Of a DNA stretch of 64,000 bases, positions 53,186 to 64,000 are shown piece after piece. A program made the position numbers and the translations under genes. Below the pieces are notes generated by a model, which made no database searches, was not told the origin of the DNA, and saw nothing but the letters and a program-made list of their open reading frames with translations. The DNA comes from the human T2T-CHM13v2.0 reference genome, Homo sapiens. The stretch lies in assembly GCF_009914755.1 (NCBI RefSeq), contig NC_060926.1, one strand, 5' to 3'. The stretch's first letter is position 1; every line of letters starts with the position of its first letter.

Positions 53186-54645
53186 ACAGTAACCAAAACA
53201 GTATGATGCTGGTACAAAAACAGACACATAGACCAATGGAACAGAATAGAGAGCCCAGAAATAATGTCCCGTATCTATGACCATCTGATCTTTGACAAAC
53301 CTGACAAAAACAAGCAATGGGGAAAGGACTCCATATTCAGTAATGGTTCTGGGATAACTGGGTAGCCACTTGAAGAAGATTGAAACTGGAACCCTTCCTT
53401 ACACCATTATATATAAAATTTAACTCAGGATAGACTAAAGACTTATATCTATAACAAAAAACCATAAAAACCCTGGAAGATAACCTAGGGAATACCATTC
53501 TGGACACAGGAACCAGCAAAGACTTTATGACAAAGACACAAAAAGCAATTGCAACAAAAGCAAAAAATTGACAAATGGGACCTAATTAAACTAAAGAGCT
53601 TTTGCACAGCAAAAGAAACTATCAACAGAGTAAACACATAACCTACAGAATGGGAGAAAATATTTGCAAACTATGCATCTGGCAAAGGTCTAATATTGAG
53701 AATCTATAAGAAACTTAAATTTACAAGAAAAACACACAACCCCATTAAAAAGTGAGACAAGAACATGAACAGACACTTTTCAAAAGAAGGCATACGCGTG
53801 GCCAACCAGCATATAAAAAAATGCCCAACATCACTAGTCATTAGAGAAATGCAAATCAAAACCACAATGAGATACCATCTCACACCAGTCAGAATGTCTA
53901 TTATTAAAAAGTCAAAAAATTACAGATGCTGGCAAGGTTTTGGAGGAAAGGGAACACTTATACACTGTTAATGGGAATGTAAATTAGTTTAGCCACTGTG
54001 GAAAGCAGTTTGGAGATTCCTCAAGGAATTTAAAACAGAATTGCCATTTGACACAGCAGTCCCATTATTGGGTATATACCCAAAGGAATGTAACTTGTAC
54101 TGCCCTAAAGACACATGCACGCATATGTTCATCATAGCATGATTCACCATAGCAAAGACACAGAAACAACCTAAATGCCCATCAATAATAGACTGGATAA
54201 AGAAAACCTGATACATATACACCATGAAATACTATGTAGCCATAAAAAAGAATGAGATTATGTCCTTTGCAGGTACATGGATAGAGCTGGAGGTAATTAT
54301 CCTAAGCAAATTAACGCAGGAAGAAAAAACCAAACACTGCATGTTCTTGCTTATGAGTGGGAGCTAAGCATTGAGTACACATGGTTACAAAGAAAAGAAC
54401 AACAGGCCCTGGAGCCTACTTGAGGGTGGAGTATGAGAGGAGAGTGAGGATTGAAAAACTACCTATCAGGTACTACGGTTATTACCTGGGTAAGGAACAC
54501 TAAATCCCTGTGACACGCAATTTACCTATATAACAAACCTGCACATGTACCCCGGAACCTAAAATAAAATTTTTTAAAAATACAAAAATAAAAATAAATA
54601 AAAATATACTTATCTCAAAAAAAAAAAAAAGAAAAGAAAAAAGAA
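53186..54645 (+). mobile_element. L1PA (older primate) 3' ~1.4 kb, 5'-truncated
   Basis: ORF2 C-terminal peptides (MNRHFSKE...[16 protein letters not shown]), 3' UTR and A tail; TSD agaaatgagagaatgtgct 53167-53185 / agaaacgagaggatgtgct 54646-54664. Confidence 0.95.
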
Positions 54646-55946
54646 AGAAACGAGAGGATGTGCTCATGGAGCTATGCCATCTCTGTGAGTGAGTTGCCGT
54701 GGGGATAGGAGGAGTTTGGTACTCCAGCCCCAGTCTGCGGTTAATTGTTCTCAAAACTCAAGGCCTCCTTTATATTTTATCAATTGGGAATGCCAGCACT
54801 TGATTGCCACACAGCCTCTTCCTTAAATTGTATTTTGAAGATTAATGGTTTGTGGAAGAACATTTAAGGCTTAGATTTCTATCAAGAGACTCATAAAATA
54901 AGTATGTAAAATAGAGCTGTGGAAATAGACCATGGCTCTTGAGAATTTTAAAATATGAATCTGAAGCTGCTTACATTTGGATTCTTATCTGTTTTCCATT
55001 GGGAACTGAAATGGTCCAACTGTTGGATCAGCGTCTGCGTGGAGCCTTTGGTCTCAGTGCTATCAGTGCCCTCTAGTCATTTTTTTTTTTCTAGACATCA
55101 TTTTACCTTGTTCTTGGTGGACACCCATGGGTCAAGAATCTTCAACAATAAAGAGGTGCAATAAGAAGTAATACTCACAGCCCTGGCTTATGGTGGATAG
55201 CTATCAGAATGTTGAGTTCCAACAGATTTGACTTATGGTACAATTTTGATTGCCTTAATTTTTTTGAGAGATGTTTCGCTTTATCTATAGCTCAGAATTG
55301 TTTTCAAACTTTTAAGAAGTCCAGAAGAAAGAAAAGCCACTATGTTATTAGGAGGGAATGTCATTTGAGGTAAATCATTGGTTAGTCCAGAGTGATGGGT
55401 CTCCATGGGGACAGTGCTGGCCCCAGGGACGATTGGAAATTTGTGGGCATGATCTTGGGCTGTAATATTTAGTGAGTGGGGACCCAGGATGCCAGAGCCC
55501 TGAAACGGAGGGGACATTCCTGCACATCAAAGAACTAGGTTCTCCAGGATATTTAAATTTCCCACTGGACAAATAATGATCAGTGTCTTTTGTTCAAAAT
55601 GTTAGCAAGGGTTGTTAACTGATATAGTAAATTTCATCACCAATGGCAAAGCTCTATGTGATTTGGAGCCACTATCCCGCACACATGTAGCAGTTTACAT
55701 TGCAGCTGACTCATTTACAAAGATGCTCATGGTATCACGAGAGAGGCAGGCATCTCCCAGCTTCACTAGTCCTCTAGTACAGTCACATAGGGGATGTTTA
55801 CATCTTGACTTAATTGCTATTTTATTACATATTACTTTCCTTTAATGTCTGCTTTATATTTCTTTTAGGGTGTTATGTTGAATTTTAAAAAATTGTGTTT
55901 ATAATTAGATTACATTTTGTATAAATGGAGGGTTTGATTTGATTGA

Positions 55947-56255
<309 letters not shown>

Positions 56256-57079
56256 AGGACTATCGTTTTAATGCCTGCTGTGATCCAACGTCTATTTACA
56301 AAAGGTTGCAAAGCCAAAATAAATAAGTGAATATACTATCATTTCAACCCCCATATAATTTATTAATTAATTAAAATAACATTTATAGGCATTGGCATTG
56401 TGCCAGGCCAACAGAGATGAATAAAATTTATTGTTTCTGAGATTCTCAGTGTAAAGAGAGAGATGAAGCAGAAAGTCAATAATTGAAACTTGGGGAGACA
56501 AATACAATGAAGACAGATGAGGAGAGCTGAGGGAGGCAGTCATTGTTCCTGGGGAAAAGGAGGGTTTGCAGAAGGAAATATCAAAATAAGCTTCTTCCTG
56601 GGGAGGTGAATCTGAAAGGCTGTGTAACGGTCCTTCAGTCTTGGCAATATCCTAAGGTATTTGGATTTTGGCTTAGTCTAGAAGCCTATGGTTTAAAAGA
56701 ATTTGCCTCTGTTGGCTTCCATCAAGTCAAAGCTGTGGCTGAGCATTGCCCAAGCATCAGAAATGAGCCTATGTGGTATAACTGACAGGTGTCAATGCAC
56801 CACCTTATTCAACACCTAATTAAGAGCCTCATCTCTGATTTACATCGGAAGCAGACAGGCTGTAGTTTTAAGCACTTCTCATTACTTTTTACTCATGTAA
56901 CCTTGGACAAGTCACTTAGCTTCTCAAAGCCCTGGATTCATTGCAATAGAAATGAGAAAACCGGTGACCATTCAGTACCCTGGAGTGTGGGCACAACTTT
57001 GGCTTCCAATTCACTGGACCTCAGCTTCTCCTCACCCCACAGGGCCTTAGGGAGGTATTGAGGGAGAGGCATTTGTTTG

Positions 57080-57260
57080 GCTAAAACATTGGGCTAAGAA
57101 TTGGGAGGCCTGAATGTCCATCCTGGTCCTGCCACTGTCTTGCTCTGGGCCTTTAATCAAGTCTTTGAACCGCTTATGGCCTCAGTTTTCTCATCTTAAA
57201 AACAAGGCAGTCAAACAAGGTTATCTCCAAGGCCCTTCGAAGCTCCGACATACTGAATGT
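57080..57260 (+). mobile_element. MIR (another fragment at ~56880-56960)
   Basis: ggcctgaatgtccatcctggtcctgccact...ggcctcagttttctcatcttaaaa...atctccaaggcccttc. Confidence 0.6.
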
Positions 57261-57517
57261 GTCCTCATGGTTTCTGCTCATCAGCAGCCTATTTCTACAA
57301 CCACCTCCACCATCACTTTCTTTTTAAACATTCTTTTGATAATTCTCTTTGAAATAAGCCCTCATTTTGGGTTTCAGTTAAGCTAAGAAAAAAAAATCTG
57401 TGGATTTGTTTTCTTTTCCATCAAAATAATTAAAAACTCTTGGACATAATCCATAAGTAAACAAGGTTTCTAGGTAGGAGAATATGAACTATGATTGTGT
57501 TAAAGATAAACTAATCT

Positions 57518-57662
57518 GTAGCTCACACCTGTAATCCCAGCACTTTGGGAGGCTGAGGTGGGAGAATTGCTTGAGCCCAGGAGTTCAAGACCAGCCTGGG
57601 CAACATGGTGAAACTTTGTCTCTACAAAAAAATACAAAAATTAGCCGGGTGTAGTGCGGTGA
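57518..57662 (+). mobile_element. AluJ left arm, truncated
   Basis: gctcacacctgtaatcccagcactttgggagg...ttgagcccaggagttcaagaccagcctgggcaac...aaaaattagccggg. Confidence 0.9.
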
Positions 57663-58298
57663 TGTGACAAGATCTTGCTTCCCCCACATATTGTCCTACC
57701 TGGCTCTCTCTCATTATTCAGGTTTCAGCTGGAGCATCATTTTCTCAGAGAGGCCTTCCCTGTCTCCCTGTTGGCAGTTACTGTCTAGCCCATCTGTCCC
57801 CTGCTGGCTCCATGGGAGCAGGGATCTGGTCTGCCTTGCTTGCCTATGAGTCACCAGCACCTGAAACAGTGCTTGGCTCTTGGTCAGAGCTCAATTTAGG
57901 CCTTGACCCCGCATCCCTGGTCGCTACCCAAGGCTGCTATTTAGAATGAGAAAGGCAGGCAGCTGCTGTAAGAGAGATGAATTAGATAATGATTACAGTG
58001 ATACATCCTATTCTTTTAAATCCTGACTCTGAAGTTCCTGGCTCCCAAATCAGGCTTACCAAATAGCTACTGGTTTTGAGCTGTGATTTAACTTCCCTGG
58101 ACCTCATGCGTTTTAAAACGGATGAGTTGGATAATTAAAATTAACACCTCACTTGTGTGCAGCCCCCTTTCTTCTGTGCCAGGCCCAGGCCCCGCCATTG
58201 ATGGGCTTTATGTCATTCTGTCCTCTCTCCAGCCCTATAGGGCTTCTGATTTTCTCTATTTGCAGAGGAGACCTGAGACTTAGATTGAAAAACCTGCC

Positions 58299-59138
58299 TG
58301 TAACAGTTTGCTAGGACTGCCATAACAAAATACCACAAACAGGGGAACTTAAACAAAGAAATTTATTTTCTCACAATTCTGGAGGCTGGTAGTTTGACAT
58401 ATCATGAGTTTGGTTTCTTCTGAGGCCTCTCTCTTTGACTTCTAGATGGTGGCCTTTGTCCTGTGCCCCGACGTGGCCTTTTTTTCTGTGCATGGATATC
58501 CCTAGTGTCTCTTCTTTTTCTTAGGCCACCAGACCTATTGGATTAAACCCACATCCATCCTTTTTTTTTTTTGAGATAGAGTCTCCCTCTGACACTCAGA
58601 CTGGAGTGCAGTGGGGTGATCTCAGCTCACTGCAAACTCTGCCTCCTGGGTTCAAGGGAGAATTGCTTGAATAGCTGGGATTATAGGCACCCACCACCAC
58701 GCCCGGGTAATTTTTTTTTTTTCTCGAGACAGAGTCTTGCTCTGTCGCCCAGGCTGGAGTGTAGTGGTATAATCTCAGCTCACTGAAACCTCTGCCTCCC
58801 GGATTCAAGCAATTCTCCTGCCTCAGCCTCCTAAGTAGCAGGGATTACAGGCACCAACCACCCCGGCTGGCTAATTTTTTTTGTATTTTTAGTAGAGGTG
58901 GGGTTTCACCATGTTGGCCAGGCTGGTCTCAAACTCCTGACCTCGTGATCTGCCCATCTCGGCCTCCCAGAGTGCTGGGATTACAGGCGTGAGCCCCTGT
59001 GCCTGGCTAAACCCACATCCTTTTGATCTCATCTTACCTTCCCTTCCTCCCTAACATCCCTATCTCGATATTCACCCACATTGAGGGGTTAGAGCTTCAA
59101 GATACAAATTTGGAGGTGACACAACTCAGTCTCCAACA
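58299..59138 (-). mobile_element. MLT1 (A/B-like) LTR split by an Alu insert
   Basis: gctaggactgccataacaaaataccacaaac...ttctcacaattctggaggctgg; resumes after the Alu and ends gacacaactcagtctccaaca. Confidence 0.8.
58561..59007 (-). mobile_element. Trimeric Alu (left-right-right arms)
   Basis: Full Alu 58711-59007 plus an extra right arm 58561-58710, all inside one TSD taaacccacatcc (58544-58556 / 59008-59020). Confidence 0.88.
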
Positions 59139-62100
59139 CTGACCAAAGCCACTGTGCTAACAAACAATAGAGACATTATTTTAATCTAGGTCACATTCCC
59201 AGCTCCCCTAACCACTACTTTATACTGCCACCAGGATTTCCTCCCTACTGACATCCATGAGAGATCAAGCTTGGAAAAGCAGGAGGCCCCAGCTCCATCT
59301 CTGCAAAGTGGATATTGGGAAGGGAAAGGCAGATGGCTGATGACTGAGCGACTGCCTGGCGTTCCTCCGTGGATGTGCTCAGAATGCATAATTCGATGAA
59401 TGCTGCTGTATCTCATTACTCTTGGCATGTCTGACGGGAAGGTCATGGTAACAGGAGTTACTGAGCATTACAATTAGCCAGCAACCTTTCCCAACCTCTT
59501 CTAAAATTATTGGAAGACAAATTTCACTTCAGTTCTCTCTTGGATAAGGTGGCAGTTATCCAGGGACTTAAAAAGGCCAGCAAAGTTTATAAAGGCAGAG
59601 CTGATATTTGCTGGAGTATCTCATTGGAACCGTTGGTTGACAAGAGCATGTATGGCCGCCAAGGCCCAGGAATGAGATTTTCCAGTAACGCTGGTTAGAT
59701 GGCTGTGGGTCGCCCGCCAGGCATGACCGAGTGTATCTGAGCTGTCTTTTGCCACCTGTACAAATGTCTTCTGAGCGGCTGCTATGTTCCAGGCACACCA
59801 CGATATGGTTCTGATTCCTCATGACTCCTGCCCACATTAGTAGACAAGCTCAGAATCTAAGTTGTGACCCACACTCCAGGACAGTGCCTTGTATCAGAAA
59901 CCCAGATAATAATTTTAGTTCTATCAAATTCTGCTGCTGCTCCCATTCCTCCTGCTCTTCCTTCCACTGCCTCCTTTCTTTTTACTTACTGCGTGGCAGG
60001 CACTTGATTGACAGTGTGTCCTTTAATCCTCATAAGATCCATAGAAGCATTTACCACCATCACCACTGTTTTTATAGATAGAACCAGCCTACCCAACAGC
60101 CTCAAGTGGTGGGGTTTAAGGTGACATCGTTCCATGTTTCTTCAATCGGCGCCCCACCTGTGCTATGTTGACTGTACCTTCTCTGCTGGGTAGAAGGCTC
60201 CTTAATAACATAGAGAGCAGATTTGGTAGCTTCCTATTCACCATCAATTCTTTAAAACCTCAGTGCAATCTCAAGCTCTTCCTCATCCTGCATCCCAGGC
60301 ACTAATATGTGTAAATCCGTCATTCTGTAATAAAATTTTTCACATTTAATGTTATTTTAGTTTACGGGTATCTCTATGTCATGTGACATGATGTCAATGA
60401 GTTTTCTTTTATAAGTATTTCCAAAACACAGTGTTGAAGATTTTCACGCAGGCTGATCGAGTGAGTGATGTGCAACACCATGAGGGATTTTGGCATTTGC
60501 TGTTAATTGTGAAACACTGTAATTGGTAGCATCTTGAACTCTCTTTAGCAGTATTAGAACAGATTTCATAAAAAACTTTGCTTCTTGGTTTGCATTTGAA
60601 GATATTTAGAAATGTTCAAAACTTCTCTGAGAGTTGGATGTATGATGTAGGTGCTGGGCTTGGTTGGCTTGGCGCTGTTGCTTTCCTTGATAACTTGAAC
60701 ATGCAAATACACTATTTAGATAGCAGAGAAGAGCAATCAGATCCTACACATTCCAATGTGTGATCATCTTTATCATATTGCCTAAAAACAGCCTTAAACA
60801 TTTTTTGGACTTCTTTGTTTGTTTTGCAAGTCTCATGGCCTTCTGGCTTTAATCAAAGTCTTGTCCATTATGATGAGAAAATAAATGTCAGAAACATTTA
60901 AATTTACCTAAATGCAAGACACATAAAAGGATTATAGTCCTTCTTTGGCTTCAGAGAAATTGGCTTTTCAAAAAAAGTTTTTAAGTTGACTGCATTTTTG
61001 CGAACATTAAAAACTACATTGCATCAAAAAATTGCAAAATTAAGTATATGTAAGCAAAATAGTACTTAAATATAAAGTTTCATTGAATTTTATTACCAAC
61101 ATTCTAAAATTTCACAAGATATCAATTTTGCTCATGTTCTGTATGTTCAAATATATTTCGAAAATTGATATGCTGAAGCTATAACAGTCTATAATGCCCT
61201 TTAAAATCTATTTGTTCAAATCATGTTTAAACACTATTTACTTTTAGAAATGAAGTTTTTGTTTTTAGAAAATACTTATGAAATTCTAGCAATAATTAGA
61301 CTTAAGCTAATTGTTAACATAAAAAGGCAATGCAAATTATTAATAAAAAATCAAGAAGAAACAATTAAGAAAATAAAGTTAATTATAAGCCATGTAAGAA
61401 CATTTAATACTAGATAATAACAAAAGCAAAAATCATATATATCTCCACTTTTTTTTGTAGAAGAGATTGTGAAAAATAAGAGAAATAAAAAAGTTTACAT
61501 GTACTCCCCAAACCAAACTTATCACTGGTGATAAGTGACTAAAATACTAACCAGTTTAACTGGGATGATTCACCAAGGTGGTTGAGGGGAGATGCTACTC
61601 TGTGCAACCCCTATATGCCCCCACATAATAGTTACTGGCTTCAAAAATTAAAAAAAAATCATAAAGTTGTTGTTTGAATACAACTTTAATTGCTGGAAAT
61701 ATCTGAATTGTTGTAAATGTGGTTTTTAATTTGTTAACACTCTACAACATTGAACCACAAGGTCTCCTAGCTCATGAGTGAGTGGTGGCTTATCAGTCCA
61801 CAGGTTTGTGCTGTCGAAGTCCACTGCTAGTTTCCATGGAGGGGAACATCAACCCTTTTCTGGCTTGTTAGGACTTTCAAGACCCTTATGTCTCGGTTGC
61901 TAAGCATCTGGCCAGGGTCATTTTATGAACCAGACTGTGAGAGTTTCCTGGAATGTGTGTGAGAGATACAGAGATATGGTAGGTCTTAACATAGCAGCAT
62001 GATTGCCATTACGGATGTGTGTGTTGGAGACTGGGTTGAAAAATATATTCTCTTTGTATCTGGCACTGAATTCTTCTTAGGGAGAGAACTCTCTTGGTTT

Positions 62101-63359
62101 ATAACAACCCTCTACTAAGACCTTTGGGATAGCAAGGAAGAAAGAGCTTGAGGTCAGTAAAAGAGAGTCGAGATAATATAAGACAGTGAAAATGCTCAGA
62201 ACAAGAAAATAAGAATTATTCTATTCTCAGAGTGAGGGTGGGCACTACAGGGGTGAATTGGCCAGGGGAGCACTGGAAGGCAGGTAGCCTAGTGTTTAAA
62301 TAGGTTGAGAATGGAGGTGCCAACTTTTCAAATGAATTGTTTATATTTCTGCACCCCTTTCAAATCTATAATAAAGTCAGCCCCCTTGCCCTTTATTTCC
62401 TATAGAAATTAGGGAAATGGAGGAAAGGATTACATTTCACTTCCAGGTCCATAGGGGGCAGATATAAATGTCAAGATGGTCCATCCAGGCAAGGTTGGTG
62501 CCAGAAAGTTCTGACGTCAAAAACTCCCCCAGGAATGTGCAGATATCACGAAAGATGGCTTCGGACTTGCACAGGCAGTGGAATTGGGATTTTATCCAAT
62601 TATATATAGATCTCAGGATCCATGAAAGGATCACCTGACATTTTGGTTATGTACAAAAAGGAATGCAGACCTTAAGTGGATAATGAAACTGCTATGAAAG
62701 AGACACCCTTTGGACATTAACTTTCAATACAAGGACACTGGCACGAGAGGAGACTGCTCAGATCACCTGCCCTAATGTCTTCATACTTTGTTAATGGAGA
62801 AAGAGGCCCAGAGAAATGAAATCCCTAGCCAGGTACCCTAAGTTAGAAATAAGAAAGAACTGTACTCGCAATAATTTTGTGTCATAAAATGGAAAATATT
62901 GCCTTGAGGGGAAAACTGCCAGTATTTTAAAGTGTGTCTGGCTTAGAAAGGAGAGACGTCATTAATTGACAAAATGATTTGTTCTGCTAAGTCAGAGTGA
63001 TGAAACTTACTTCCTGGCCTCACACATCCTTCTGGCAGATCCAATTCATTTTGCTGAACTGCATGTTCTTGGGACTCTTGCCATCTCATTACAGGTAAGA
63101 AAGCTGATAAGAGCAGCACCCATTAGACCAGGTGTTCGTGCTGCCTGGGGATCGGTAGGAACAGCCAGAGCCAGAGGCGAAGTTTGAAGCAACATGAAGC
63201 ACAAAATGAACCATAGGTTCATGATTAATTTTTTCTAGCTCCCATTTTTATGACTAAATTTTTTTGGAAGAAAAAAATACACAGCTAACTTAAAGGCATC
63301 ATTACCATCTGAAGATCAAATTATTCTTTAGAAATACTAAACTAGTGGTTTATTATAGA

Positions 63360-63938
63360 TGTATGAGTCAGGGTTCTCCAGAAAAATGGAACCAAAAGGA
63401 AGTGTAGATACACAGAAAAATATTTATAGTAAGGCATTGATCTGAGTGGCTATGGAGGCTGACAAATCCCAAGACCTACAATCGGCCAGTGGTGTAGCTA
63501 GTTCCAGTCCAAGTTCAAAGGCCTAGCCAGGAGAGCCAATGGTGCAGTTCCAGTTTGAAGGCTGAGAGGACCAAGACCCAGGAAGAGCAGATGTTTCAGT
63601 TTGAGTTTGAAGGCAGGAGAAACCTGATGTCCCAGCTGGGAGGCAGCTGGGCAAAAGGAGTTCTGTCTTTTTGTTTGTTCAGGCCTTCAACTGATTGAAT
63701 GAGACCCATTCACATTAGAGAGGGTAAATGCTTTACTCAGTCTGCCAAGTCAAAGGTCAAGGGTTAATCTCATCCAGAAACACCCTTGCAGATATCTGGT
63801 TACCCTGTAGGACAGTCAGGTTGATACATGAAATTAATAAAATAAAATGCTTTAAAAATAAAAATGCATAAAATAAAATGCATCAAAATACATAAACTAC
63901 ATAAAATTAAAATATATAATATAATATTAGCCATCACA
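63360..63938 (-). mobile_element. MLT2 (ERVL) solo LTR with an AT-rich expansion near its end
   Basis: tgtatgagtcagggttctccagaaa...ggaggctgacaaatcccaagacct...ttcaggccttcaactgattg...gttaatctcatccagaaacaccct...ccatcaca. Confidence 0.8.
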
Positions 63939-64000
63939 ATATTTATGGAAGGTTATATATGAGATCAGTTTTCTCATATGGTTTATGAAAGTTGATCTTA

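Noticed and set aside
62449-62462. CTCF-like ccatagggggcag
   Set aside because: The 5' half mismatches the CCASYAG core at several positions.

Overview
Repeat-rich human genomic DNA. Human origin is inferred from a pre-Ta L1HS insertion and from a protein matching human KCNE4. The only protein-coding gene I can support is KCNE4 (MiRP3, K+ channel beta subunit; chr2q36 from prior knowledge), on the + strand at about 24.9-28.5 kb. It has two exons: a 170-aa ORF lies wholly in exon 2, and an in-frame upstream ATG in exon 1 gives the 221-aa long form. The rest is intergenic: Alu, L1, L2, MIR, MaLR/ERV1/ERVL solo LTRs, MER5 and microsatellites. All other ORFs in the track look like repeat-derived or chance ORFs. 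I found no convincing new multi-gene system. The observations most worth checking are: (1) a 261-bp poly(A)/TSD-flanked orphan retro-insert carrying L2-like sequence; (2) a human-specific pre-Ta L1HS with a perfect TSD; (3) a ~150-bp locally templated insertion inside an MSTA LTR; (4) a KCNE4 promoter in which the long-isoform ATG sits upstream of a TATA-like box, with CArG, E-box, NBRE and IRF motifs nearby; (5) a trimeric Alu with a micro-inversion. Repeat subfamily names come from remembered consensus sequences and need Dfam/RepeatMasker confirmation. Boundaries without a TSD are approximate.
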